From: a virus | Direction: 5' to 3' (one strand) | IMG/VR virus record: IMGVR_UViG_3300033565_000026 | Coordinates: 1 to 64,000 of that record | DNA length: 64,000 nt | In this document: in pieces, positions 8,479 to 16,740 of the stretch | How positions within the stretch are numbered: the first letter of the stretch is position 1 | Layout of the letters: each line of letters begins with the position of its first letter | Translations under genes and position numbers: made by a program | Notes under the pieces: generated by a model | Told to the model about the DNA's origin: nothing | Seen by the model: the letters and a program-made list of their open reading frames with translations, nothing else | Database searches by the model: none

Positions 8479-8763
8479 CTTACAAGATTGTAAGTTTGTG
8501 TAAGGACTTACTTACAAGATGACGAGTTTCAAAGGGAGAAAAAAGAATGACTTGAGGTAAAATGTAAAGGAAATAGAAAGACTTAAAAAATAAAGAAGAA
8601 AACTTGACTAAAAATATCGTTTAACTTCTTTAAATTATATAGATAAAATAACACGAATAGAGATAAGTATAACACAATTTCATGTTTTAGATTAGTAAGG
8701 TTAAAGTAATCCGCTTACAGAAATTCTAATTCTTGTAAGTAAGAACTTACAAGAACTTACAAG
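8479..8763. repeat. Two clusters of CTTACAAG/CTTGTAAG repeats flanking an AT-rich spacer
   Basis: Copies lie at 8479-8486, 8488-8494 (inverted, 7-nt TTGTAAG), 8511-8518, 8713-8720 (variant), 8732-8739 (inverted), 8746-8753 and 8756-8763. The last two form the tandem AAGAACTTAC AAGAACTTAC. A spacer of about 190 bp is very AT-rich. Confidence 0.7.
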
Positions 8764-8781
8764 AAAAAGGGGTGAAAATCT

Positions 8782-9087
8782 GTGAAATTGTTAAGTATTG
8801 ATACGAACAAATATGATTTATTGCCTGAGCAATTTAAAGTAAAGAGAAGCAAATTATTTTTAAAGTTAGTTATGGTTCTTGAAAATGAAATATTTCATAA
8901 TCCTGATAAAATCAGAGAATTCTTAGACATTCATATGATAGAGGAAGATTTTGAGTATATGTCAATTGAAGAATTAATTCTATTAAGATGTCAAGGGTTC
9001 CTTGATAACTCTAAAATATATGATTTATTCCCTGAAGAGTTTGATTATCTTGAAGGAATACCTGTTTTAATGTGGGATCAGTTATAA
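8782..9087 (+). CDS. Hypothetical protein
   Basis: 101 aa, with a GTG start after GGGGTGAAAATC. No motif. Confidence 0.5.
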   Translation: MKLLSIDTNKYDLLPEQFKVKRSKLFLKLVMVLENEIFHNPDKIREFLDIHMIEEDFEYMSIEELILLRCQGFLDNSKIYDLFPEEFDYLEGIPVLMWDQL

Positions 9088-9104
9088 TTATCGGAGCTAA
9101 AACA

Positions 9105-9341
9105 ATGTCTTTACAGAACACAACAAAAGAAGAGTACATAGAATTAGGAAAAAAACTTAAAGAATTAAAGAGACTTAATGAAGAGGTTAAAATCAAACTC
9201 TCAAAAGTTTGCGGAAGAAACTATCCTGAAAGAGTATTACCCTGCAAACTTGACTTTGATGAGATTGCCCTGACTCTCGAAGGTAAAATGAACAGGGACT
9301 ATCCTGATTCAAAAGCCGAATCAATGAAAATCTTTTTTTGA
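9105..9341 (+). CDS. Hypothetical coiled-coil protein
   Basis: The ATG lies 8 nt after the GGAG of TCGGAGCTAA (9091-9100). The track ORF (9072) extends upstream through the motif. Confidence 0.6.
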   Translation: MSLQNTTKEEYIELGKKLKELKRLNEEVKIKLSKVCGRNYPERVLPCKLDFDEIALTLEGKMNRDYPDSKAESMKIFF

Positions 9342-9350
9342 GGCGTCAAT

Positions 9351-9716
9351 ATGTTACTCTCTGATAGCGTAGCGTGTCTTTTACAAGTGCCTCCTGTCCC
9401 TACTCTCAAATCTATTCAAGAAAAGATTGATCCTGATTATTTCCTTGAATTAAAAGAACATTTGCAGTTGAACATTGAATATAGAAAAGAGAGAAAAGAG
9501 TTCTATAAGCTTCATCCTTCTTGGTGCATATACAGAGCTAGAGATGAATTTGCACGTCAATATATCGAAACATTCCACCGAGATATAGAATTCTTTGTTA
9601 AAGCTCATCCTGATCTTTCTATTGAAGAGAGTACAAGAGCATTCTGTCAAAAATGGAGAGGTTACGCTAATTTGTATGGTGAAGAATTTGTCAGGAGAGC
9701 GATAACACGACTTTAA
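9351..9716 (+). CDS. Hypothetical protein
   Basis: 121 aa ORF with no motif. Confidence 0.6.
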   Translation: MLLSDSVACLLQVPPVPTLKSIQEKIDPDYFLELKEHLQLNIEYRKERKEFYKLHPSWCIYRARDEFARQYIETFHRDIEFFVKAHPDLSIEESTRAFCQKWRGYANLYGEEFVRRAITRL

Positions 9717-10024
9717 AAAACTCACCTCAACATTCTAATTTATTATTCAAAATTAAGTATCCTGGCAAAGAAGCATACACATTTCCCACAGGAATAACGC
9801 ATAATTCCCCATGTATGGATCTCTCTCTCAGAAAACAACCTCTCAGAATGGGAACAAAAAGAGAAGAAATAGATAGAGATGAGAAAATAGACGAGGAATT
9901 AATCTAAGGGGTTTTAAGCGATTTAAAATTAAGTTAATACAAATACATTACCCATAAGAAAATAACTTAACTATACGCTTTAAACAGCGTACACAACTAT
10001 TCTAAAAAGATCGGAGCTAACAAT

Positions 10025-10258
10025 ATGATAGAAAACATCTCAGATTCACAAGAAAAAATATTCAAACTAAATATAAAAGAAGCAATGGGACTTTCAAAAG
10101 TTCAAAACGTAAATAGAAAATGTAAATCATGTAATAAACCATTCGCGCTTATGGGCATTCTCCCAGGTCAGAAGGTAATCTGTCCTGAATGTGGTGCGTC
10201 TTATCTTGTGAAGTATGAAATCTCATTTAAGGCCGTGCTGGAAGGGCTGGAAGCATGA
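10025..10258 (+). CDS. Zinc-ribbon protein
   Basis: 77 aa with CKSCNKPF..CPECGASY. The ATG lies 8 nt after the GGAG of TCGGAGCTAA (10011-10020). Confidence 0.65.
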   Translation: MIENISDSQEKIFKLNIKEAMGLSKVQNVNRKCKSCNKPFALMGILPGQKVICPECGASYLVKYEISFKAVLEGLEA

Positions 10259-10668
10259 AAACATGTAACCATTGCCATCAAGAATTAGACGAATCCCAAT
10301 TCAACAAATGGAAAAATAATCCGGATGGCTCAGGACTCGCAAAACGTTGCCGTGAGTGTTCCCATGAATTGAATAAGAAATACCATCTTAAACATTTTAC
10401 TGAAATACAGGAAAAGAGGAAGGAATATTTTAAGGAACGCTACACTCAGAAAGTGCGAAAGCCTCATGTAAAGCACAAGCCACATAAGAAAACTCCTTTT
10501 GTGCCACCTGCTAATTCATCTCTAGTACGTTGTAAATGTTGGCATCCAATCTATATTCTACCAGGGCAAAGGTCTGTATTATGTGAAAAATGCAGGAATA
10601 CACTAAAAATATTAAATGTACCCAAGAGTAACAGGCACAGATCAGGGATTATCTTGAGGGTGATATGA
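10255..10668 (+). CDS. Basic zinc-ribbon protein
   Basis: 137 aa. The N-terminal CNHCHQELDESQF..DGSG..KRCRECS resembles the N-terminus of 12836-13624. A second Cys pair reads CKCW..CEKC. The start overlaps the upstream stop. Confidence 0.6.
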   Translation: MKTCNHCHQELDESQFNKWKNNPDGSGLAKRCRECSHELNKKYHLKHFTEIQEKRKEYFKERYTQKVRKPHVKHKPHKKTPFVPPANSSLVRCKCWHPIYILPGQRSVLCEKCRNTLKILNVPKSNRHRSGIILRVI

Positions 10669-10862
10669 TGTATGAAACTCCTTCTCTCATTTACTCTTTT
10701 TTAGAGTCACATCCTAAGATATACAAAGCGAAGATAGCTAAGAAATTAAGGTTGAGTAAACCAACTGTATATAAAGCTTTGAAGATATTGGAAGGAGAAG
10801 GTAAGATTGATTATTTGAGAGACGAGAATAGGATTTATGTAAGATTGAGACAAAAAAATTAA
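10665..10862 (+). CDS. Winged-helix DNA-binding protein
   Basis: 65 aa. KIAKKLRLSKPTVYKALKILEGEGKI is a typical HTH recognition segment. Confidence 0.6.
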   Translation: MMYETPSLIYSFLESHPKIYKAKIAKKLRLSKPTVYKALKILEGEGKIDYLRDENRIYVRLRQKN

Positions 10863-10917
10863 ATATAGTTAACTCTATATTATTTTTATATACTATTTTT
10901 CTAAAAAAGGTTATCTT

Positions 10918-11343
10918 ATGGCAGTCCAGAAAAAAAAGAAGCAACAAAAAAAGGTCATAAACTATCAAGTATGGAACTGGACTCCAAAACGCAAACAAGC
11001 TGCAATAATGATGTCCACAGGCTTAAAATCACAAACAGAAATAGCCGCTGAGTTGAGTATTGCAGAAGAAACCGTGTCCAGGTGGAAACAGTATCCAGAT
11101 TTTATGAGAGAAGTTGAACGCCTCACATTCCAACAAGAAAACGCAACGAGAGCAGGAATTGTACGTCAAGCTCTTAAAGCTATGAATGTTAAAAAGAATC
11201 ATGTCGCTGAAGACAGAAGCACTTTTTTAGATTATTTAGAATTTATTGTCAAAATTATTCCTCCTGATATTAAAGAGGACAATGATAAACTGAAATCATT
11301 GACGGATGCCATTATGAGTAGTGCAAAAATGATAGGAAAATAA
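10918..11343 (+). CDS. terS: Terminase small subunit (HTH type)
   Basis: 141 aa with a basic N-terminus and the HTH segment TEIAAELSIAEETVSRWK. It lies immediately upstream of the large terminase (TAAATG junction). Confidence 0.6.
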   Translation: MAVQKKKKQQKKVINYQVWNWTPKRKQAAIMMSTGLKSQTEIAAELSIAEETVSRWKQYPDFMREVERLTFQQENATRAGIVRQALKAMNVKKNHVAEDRSTFLDYLEFIVKIIPPDIKEDNDKLKSLTDAIMSSAKMIGK

Positions 11344-12621
11344 ATGGTCTTCACTCCTGGCATTTTCTCCGAAAAACAAATTGACGTAATGGCTAACTGC
11401 ACAGCCACAATAAACTTTTTAGAAGGTGCTGTCCGATCAGGTAAAACCATTGCTTCTATTATTGCATTTGTTAATCTCGTTTTGAATGGTCCCTCTGGTA
11501 ATGTCCTCCTAATTGGAAAAACAGATACCACCCTTTATAGGAATATCCTGCAACCCATTGAGGAAATATATGGATCTACTAATTTTAAGTTTAGCAGGGG
11601 TTCCCGGGAAGGTATGATTTTTGGGAGAAAGTTTTACACTGCTGGAGCCAATGACGAGAGAGCATATACAAAAATTCAAGGGTTAACTCTCGCACTTGCT
11701 TATGGCGATGAAGTTGCAGCATGGCCTGAATCCTTCTTCCAGATGTTAATATCTCGATTATCTGAGCCAGGAGCACGCTTTATAGGGTCCTTGAATCCTG
11801 AAGGTCCTTATCATTGGCTTAAAACTAAATTCCTAGATAGAGAAAACGAACTATCTTTGAAATCCTGGCATTTTACTCTTGAAGATAACCAGAATTTAGA
11901 GCCGGCTTACGTTGAGAATTTGAAGAAATTTTACACGGGATTATTTTATCGAAGGTACATTTTAGGGGAATGGTGTTTAGCAGAGGGGACTGTATATGAT
12001 ATGTTCGATGAATCTCTACATGTAAAAGAGGTAACTAATGATATATGGAGAAATATAATAATCAAACATATATCTGTGGACTACGGGACCTCAAATCCAA
12101 CAGTTTTCCAACTGTGGGGCAACGATGGAAGAACACGTTACCTAAAAAAAGAATATTACTATGATTCAAGGGCAAAAGGAAGACAAAAAACTGATGCTGA
12201 GTACGCACAAGATTTAATTAATTTCATTGGTTCAGAAGATATTCAATCGGTAATTGTAGATCCATCGGCAGCCTCTTTTAAATTGGAATTATCTAAACGT
12301 GGGTTATATGTGATTGATGCTGATAATAACGTGTTAGACGGGATTAGAGATGTATCCAATGAACTCTCTCAGGGTAAGATATGGATTGACCCCTCTTGCA
12401 TCAATTTAATTCAAGAAATGGGCGCTTACATATGGGATACACGGGCAGGAGAAAGAGGGGAAGATAAACCAATGAAACAGTATGACCATTCAGAAGATGC
12501 CGCCCGTTATTATATACGTACAATTCCGGTGTACTATTACGAATCAGATTTCAATGAAAAAACAGATAATTATAATTCTCCTTTGGATTATCGGGGAGTT
12601 TATGAAAGCAGTTACTATTGA
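11344..12621 (+). CDS. terL: Terminase large subunit
   Basis: 425 aa with Walker A GAVRSGKT and Walker B-like LAYGDEVA. Nuclease-half acidic motifs are SVDYG and DHSEDAARYY. Size and layout match PBSX-type terminases. Confidence 0.85.
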   Translation: MVFTPGIFSEKQIDVMANCTATINFLEGAVRSGKTIASIIAFVNLVLNGPSGNVLLIGKTDTTLYRNILQPIEEIYGSTNFKFSRGSREGMIFGRKFYTAGANDERAYTKIQGLTLALAYGDEVAAWPESFFQMLISRLSEPGARFIGSLNPEGPYHWLKTKFLDRENELSLKSWHFTLEDNQNLEPAYVENLKKFYTGLFYRRYILGEWCLAEGTVYDMFDESLHVKEVTNDIWRNIIIKHISVDYGTSNPTVFQLWGNDGRTRYLKKEYYYDSRAKGRQKTDAEYAQDLINFIGSEDIQSVIVDPSAASFKLELSKRGLYVIDADNNVLDGIRDVSNELSQGKIWIDPSCINLIQEMGAYIWDTRAGERGEDKPMKQYDHSEDAARYYIRTIPVYYYESDFNEKTDNYNSPLDYRGVYESSYY

Positions 12622-12674
12622 CTCTTTTTAACTCACAGTTAAGTATATGTATGATATGCTCTATATACATATAC

Positions 12675-12824
12675 ATGGTAAAAATACAACAGAATAATCA
12701 AACATTAGCTCTTTTTGTACAGATTCCTAAAGCAATTGCTACAGCTAAAAGCTTGAAGAAAGGACAAGAAGTTGACTTTTTGATTGATGAAAAAGGAAGA
12801 ATCGTTCTTGATATCAAAAAATGA
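12675..12824 (+). CDS. AbrB/SpoVT-like small DNA-binding protein
   Basis: The internal ATG at 12675 gives 49 aa. ALFVQIPKAIA..LKKGQEVDFLIDEKGRIVLDI fits the swapped-hairpin pattern. Confidence 0.45.
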   Translation: MVKIQQNNQTLALFVQIPKAIATAKSLKKGQEVDFLIDEKGRIVLDIKK

Positions 12825-12835
12825 AGGTGTCGTAA

Positions 12836-13624
12836 ATGGCACAAAAAACATTAGAGGATTTCGTTGATTTGTCAGAAAATCAAAAAAAATGCTCAATCTG
12901 TAATGAATTTAAGCCACTAGATAAATTTTGTAAGGATAAACACAGACCAGACGGAAAAGCTACAAAATGCAAAGACTGTGTTAAAATTTATAATGAAATG
13001 ACTCGTGAAAGAAGGCACAGATTAAGAAGAGAAAATCCTGAAAAATATAGAAACAACGAACGAAATTATTATACATCTCATATCGAATCGTGTAAAGCTT
13101 CAAGAAAGAGATATTATGAGTTGAACAGAGAAAGCGCAATAGAATATAAAAAGAAATATTATCAAGATAACAGGGATAAATTCATAAATATACAGAGAAG
13201 GTATTACAACACACATCGAAAAGAGTGTATCTTAAAATCTAAAATATATACACAAGAAAACATAGAGAAGGTAAAACAGAGAAGAAACGATTGGGCAAAA
13301 TCTTCAAGTGGGAAAGTTATAACACGTCTTCATAGGCTCCGCCATATCCTCAAATCTAGAAATCCAATAAATGAATACTTCTTAGATTCCCATTATCATC
13401 ATATAATGTGCTATTCAAACAGGACAATAGAAAACGACATCGGGATATACATACCATCTAACATCCACAAATCTATATGGCATAACAGTAAAACAGGACA
13501 AAACATGGACAAAATAAATAAACTAGCAATCGAATGGTATATTTCAACATGTGAAAATCCAGAAGAAGGATTAAAAAAGATAGGATTTAATTCAATAAGT
13601 GAATTTAAGGATAGATATCCTTAA
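12836..13624 (+). CDS. Putative HNH endonuclease with N-terminal zinc ribbon and basic RxYY repeats
   Basis: 262 aa. The N-terminus reads CSICNEFKPLDKF..DGKATKCKDC. The centre has tandem R-x-YY/KKYY repeats. The C-terminal HYHHI..N..SNIHKSIWHN is HNH-like. An HNH gene next to terminase is a common phage arrangement. Confidence 0.5.
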   Translation: MAQKTLEDFVDLSENQKKCSICNEFKPLDKFCKDKHRPDGKATKCKDCVKIYNEMTRERRHRLRRENPEKYRNNERNYYTSHIESCKASRKRYYELNRESAIEYKKKYYQDNRDKFINIQRRYYNTHRKECILKSKIYTQENIEKVKQRRNDWAKSSSGKVITRLHRLRHILKSRNPINEYFLDSHYHHIMCYSNRTIENDIGIYIPSNIHKSIWHNSKTGQNMDKINKLAIEWYISTCENPEEGLKKIGFNSISEFKDRYP

Positions 13625-13625
13625 C

Positions 13626-13634
13626 TTTTTTTTT
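13626..13634 (+). terminator. Oligo-T tract
   Basis: A T9 run lies immediately after the TAA of 12836-13624. Confidence 0.4.
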
Positions 13635-13640
13635 AAATTA

Positions 13641-13691
13641 GAAAACTACTCCTCTCTCGATTACAGAGGAGTTTATGAAGGAAATTATTAA
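13641..13691 (+). pseudogene. Relic 3' end of a second, diverged large-terminase allele
   Basis: It translates to ENYSSLDYRGVYEGNY-stop, against DNYNSPLDYRGVYESSYY-stop at the end of terL (12565-12621). Differences include synonymous codons (L ttg/ctc, R cgg/aga, Y tat/tac). There is no upstream ORF. Confidence 0.6.
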
Positions 13692-13826
13692 TATAATAAC
13701 ACTATTTTACACATATCTGATTGTGATCTATGGGTTTACCCTCCCCCATCTATTTTTTATATTATTATTTTCTATCTACATCCTGAGCCCAATTAAACAC
13801 CGCCGGAACACAAGAGAGGTAATACT

Positions 13827-14231
13827 ATGATAACTGCATATGATGTTTCTGCCGATCTTCTAATAAAAAACGTATCGCAACACTTGAAAATCGAAATTGA
13901 ACCGCCCACATGGGCATTTCATGTTAAAACAGGTCAACACAAAGAATTACAACCCGTTCAGCCGGATTGGTGGTATATTCGTTGTGCGTCAATCCTGAGA
14001 AAAATATATTTTCACGGTCCAATCGGAACGGAGAGGCTAAGATCTGCTTATGGTGGAAAAATAGATAACGGTGTAAAACCTGCACATCATGTTAAGGGCA
14101 GTGGGTCTATTGCTCGCAAGGCAGTCCAACAGCTTGAATCTGTTGGGTATCTTGAAAAATGTAGAGATGGTAGAAGAATTAGTGTGAAGGGTAGGAGTTT
14201 TTTAGATAGAATTGCTTTTGAGGCTGTTTAA
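13827..14231 (+). CDS. rps19e: Ribosomal protein eS19 (S19e)
   Basis: 134 aa. As I recall archaeal S19e, it is colinear with that family over the whole length: [55 protein letters not shown]. It has an SD (GAGAGGTAAT) and its own hairpin plus T-run. None of the usual ribosomal-operon neighbours are present. Confidence 0.85.
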   Translation: MITAYDVSADLLIKNVSQHLKIEIEPPTWAFHVKTGQHKELQPVQPDWWYIRCASILRKIYFHGPIGTERLRSAYGGKIDNGVKPAHHVKGSGSIARKAVQQLESVGYLEKCRDGRRISVKGRSFLDRIAFEAV

Positions 14232-14245
14232 GCCTCATCTTTTTT
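14220..14245 (+). terminator. Hairpin plus T-run after rps19e
   Basis: GAGGCT-GTTTA-AGCCTC overlaps the stop codon and is followed by TCTTTTTT. Confidence 0.45.
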
Positions 14246-14253
14246 CAACATCT

Positions 14254-14520
14254 TCATAAAATCAATCTCACATTAACCTTTTCATACAACCCGTCCCACA
14301 TTGACCCTATATACTCAATCCCATCATAAACAGGATAAATAGTATCGTGGATATAGTACCAAGGGGATTTAAAATCTGATACAATCGAATCGTTTGATAC
14401 TGCAATTTCTCCGGTGTAACTATTAAACATGTATTTAAATTGTTTTTTGCGTGCAATTTTTACTATTCTATTAGGATTACCTATATTTATTGTTTGTATT
14501 TCTAGTCCTATGTTTTCCAT
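14254..14520 (-). CDS. Hypothetical protein
   Basis: 88 aa, preceded by AAGGAGTG. The N-terminus MENIG resembles that of the neighbouring 14528-14674 ORF (MENIR). Confidence 0.55.
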   Translation of the reverse strand: MENIGLEIQTINIGNPNRIVKIARKKQFKYMFNSYTGEIAVSNDSIVSDFKSPWYYIHDTIYPVYDGIEYIGSMWDGLYEKVNVRLIL

Positions 14521-14527
14521 GTGTTAT

Positions 14528-14674
14528 TCACTCCTTCTTTCCTTCTCTATAAAAACAATCCCCTGATTTTGGGGGTTCTATATCCTTTAATTGGGAATTA
14601 GGCGTATATCCAGCACTTAATCCTAGTTTTTGGATCAGAATGTTTTGAGTGTTATCTACTCTAATGTTTTCCAT
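14528..14674 (-). CDS. Small hypothetical protein (48 aa)
   Basis: ATG at 14674 and TGA at 14528-14530. Below the track cut-off. Confidence 0.35.
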   Translation of the reverse strand: MENIRVDNTQNILIQKLGLSAGYTPNSQLKDIEPPKSGDCFYREGKKE

Positions 14675-14692
14675 GCTTTATTCCTCATTCAA

Positions 14693-14902
14693 TCATCTAT
14701 ATTCTTCAGGTAGTGAACTTTTCAAAATCTCAATCATATACTCTTTAGCTTCCTTACCCATATTCTGAATCACGTTTTTAAACTCTTCACTGTTATCAAT
14801 ATAAATTCCCTGCATTGCAGAAAGTGCGCCTTCGTTGTTTATTCTCATTGCTTCGCAAATTAGTTTCTGATCTTCTTGTGTGAATTCGGTAAATTGTTTC
14901 AT
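14693..14902 (-). CDS. Hypothetical protein
   Basis: The internal ATG at 14902 is preceded by AGGAGAACTAAAACA, a variant of the leader motif. This start also removes the overlap with 14907-15098. Confidence 0.55.
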   Translation of the reverse strand: MKQFTEFTQEDQKLICEAMRINNEGALSAMQGIYIDNSEEFKNVIQNMGKEAKEYMIEILKSSLPEEYR

Positions 14903-14906
14903 TGTT

Positions 14907-15098
14907 TTAGTTCTCCTGTGCATTATTTTCATATTTTTCTAATTTCAATTTTAATTTCTCGTTCTCTTCTGTTAATTTGTCATTTTCTGCCATAATTAGC
15001 CTTATTATAGTATCGTCTGTAGGATTTCCATACTTCGTTCCTCTGTTTCGTAAGTCCTTTACGGTAAATTCATTTATCCTAATCTGTTTTAGTGACAC
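14907..15098 (-). CDS. Small DNA-binding-like protein with a leucine-zipper tail
   Basis: 63 aa with a GTG start. The ..DDTIIRLIMAENDKLTEENEKLKLKLEK tail is similar to that of 39811-40050. It is divergent from repeat A. Confidence 0.45.
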   Translation of the reverse strand: MSLKQIRINEFTVKDLRNRGTKYGNPTDDTIIRLIMAENDKLTEENEKLKLKLEKYENNAQEN

Positions 15099-15163
15099 AG
15101 ACAGTAATTAGTTTCATTATATTTAAATGTTACTACTCGTAACTCACAGAGTTACTAATGGTA

Positions 15164-15244
15164 ACAAGTTATTTATACTACTTCTTACATATAGAATAGT
15201 ACACAAGGGCGAAATGCCCTGATATATAAAGGAGATAATAAATT
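15164..15244 (+). promoter_or_regulatory. Duplicated promoter/5'UTR module, copy A
   Basis: About 80 nt that align with 29241-29324 at roughly 85-90 percent identity. It has a TATA-like ATTTATACTAC, a conserved hairpin GGGC-GAAAT-GCCC, then GGAGA and the ATG. Confidence 0.6.
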
Positions 15245-15412
15245 ATGACCGATTGGGATCTTGAGAACGAAATCATAGACAATGATGAAATGGATTATAT
15301 TGATTTTTGTGCAGAATGCGATGAGCTTTCAGATTGGCAGAAAGACAAACTTCAGGGGATTGAAGAAATGAAACTTTCCGGTAAAATGGATAAAACCGGA
15401 AAGTTCAATTAA
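15245..15412 (+). CDS. Small acidic protein (55 aa)
   Basis: ATG after AAGGAGATAATAAATT, and TAA at 15410-15412. Below the track cut-off. Confidence 0.45.
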   Translation: MTDWDLENEIIDNDEMDYIDFCAECDELSDWQKDKLQGIEEMKLSGKMDKTGKFN

Positions 15413-15435
15413 TTTTTTTAAAAAGGTGAATAAAC

Positions 15436-15606
15436 ATGGCTCCCTGGAATACATATTTTAGAACTTGTACAAGTTGTAAATTCTGGAAGAGAAATCTTGC
15501 TAACAGAAACGGTATCTGTGTTATAGGGGTGTTTCCTGCTCCGATGATGGAGTATGAAACATGTGGTGATTATACACCAGTTAAAAAATATGGAAGTATT
15601 GAATAA
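15436..15606 (+). CDS. Small Cys-rich protein (CxxCxFW type, 56 aa)
   Basis: ATG after AAAGGTGAATAAAC. CTSCKFW..GICV..TCGDY is paralogous in pattern to the 6445-6645 ORF. Confidence 0.5.
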   Translation: MAPWNTYFRTCTSCKFWKRNLANRNGICVIGVFPAPMMEYETCGDYTPVKKYGSIE

Positions 15607-15623
15607 ACAGTTAAAAAAATAAG

Positions 15624-15824
15624 ATGTTTATGAAACTAATAACAAGAACACTAACAACCTCAACTATCTTAATCCTCTTCTATTACATAAACAAAGAAGA
15701 GGCACTTTTAAAAGGAGTTGAGGTTAACAGTTTCTTTTTAGGCGTTTTTATGGCTGTTATTGTTTTTGCAGGAATTGATTATCTTTATGTTTTTGAAGAG
15801 AAAGATAAGAGGAGGATTGATTAA
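15624..15824 (+). CDS. Small membrane protein
   Basis: 66 aa with two hydrophobic segments. Confidence 0.5.
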   Translation: MFMKLITRTLTTSTILILFYYINKEEALLKGVEVNSFFLGVFMAVIVFAGIDYLYVFEEKDKRRID

Positions 15825-15953
15825 ATGCAAGAATCTAAACAATGTATATTATGCCATGAAAACAGCGTAGAGTATGACAGATTTCGAGATCCAGAAAGCA
15901 AAAGAATAGTTATAATCTGTAAAAAGTGTCAAAATGTTTTAAACGAGGACTGA
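15825..15953 (+). CDS. Small zinc-ribbon protein (42 aa)
   Basis: CILC..CKKC, preceded by GGAGGATTGATTAA. Confidence 0.4.
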   Translation: MQESKQCILCHENSVEYDRFRDPESKRIVIICKKCQNVLNED

Positions 15954-16044
15954 TTAAAATGATCTTCGATCTATGTTTAATCATCTTCTCCCTTGTCTGT
16001 TTTTATATTGCCCTGGTAATGGGGTATCCAAAGGAGTTGAGGAA

Positions 16045-16332
16045 ATGAACGAAACTGAGATAGATACTTATCCTACTGAAAAACAGATGAAAGCAATTCA
16101 AAAACTTGAAGCTGCCTTAAAAGAGTGTAAAAAAGAGAATGTTGTTTTTCATGTGGTTTTGGAAACTGTACACACATTCAATGGAAATTATGTGTCGTCA
16201 ATTGATGATGAAAAAAGAGACGATGGTGTTTATATACCCCATGTGAGGAATTATACATTTAGTGCGCCAAGGGATATGCAATCGTGGGCTGATGATGCTC
16301 ATTATGTTCATTTTAAGAAGGTAAAAAAATGA
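16045..16332 (+). CDS. Hypothetical protein
   Basis: The internal ATG at 16045 is preceded by AAGGAGTTGAGGAA. The longer track start (15973) encodes only hydrophobic residues. Confidence 0.55.
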   Translation: MNETEIDTYPTEKQMKAIQKLEAALKECKKENVVFHVVLETVHTFNGNYVSSIDDEKRDDGVYIPHVRNYTFSAPRDMQSWADDAHYVHFKKVKK

Positions 16333-16608
16333 CAGATAAAATATTCCTCTTTATAGCTCTCGTCTGTGTTGTGAAAATATGTGAGATGGTCTTATGACTC
16401 CCTTACAGGCTCAAGGTTCAATTATCTGTGTCGTTGTGGCTCTTATTGTTACAATCATTGTGACGGTGATTTGTGAAAGGTTAGGGATAGGATGTAGACG
16501 GTTTTAAGTTGGATTTCTTTTTTTGAAAAACGCTTTTTTTTACTTAATTGTAATTGACTGTTTTTATAAATGTTAATCTTTTGATACACGGTATAGTATT
16601 CTATGTTA

Positions 16609-16714
16609 TATTGAATTGCCAATGTAACTTTATTTTTTACATGATGTTTAAACATCTGTTCTTACATTGGCAATCAAAACCGGTAGTTATATATACGTTC
16701 ATTGGCAATTAATG
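16609..16714. repeat. ORB-like repeats upstream of orc1/cdc6 (3 copies)
   Basis: 16609-16628 is inverted; 16661-16678 and 16697-16714 are direct. All share the core ACATTGGCAAT of the consensus GTTACATTGGCAATTGAATA. Confidence 0.65.
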
Positions 16715-16740
16715 TATAATTAATAATTGCAGGTGAAAAC

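Noticed and set aside
13827-14231. The S19e gene as evidence that host chromosome starts here (an element boundary).
   Set aside because: Both flanks are mobile-element genes: the terminase relic on the left, and small viral-type ORFs, the origin and orc1 on the right. None of the usual ribosomal-operon neighbours are present. The possibility cannot be excluded without the host genome.
16455-16655. 66-aa minus-strand ORF upstream of orc1/cdc6.
   Set aside because: It overlaps an ORB-like repeat and AT-rich origin DNA. The translation is Lys/Ile/Tyr-rich, as expected from composition alone.
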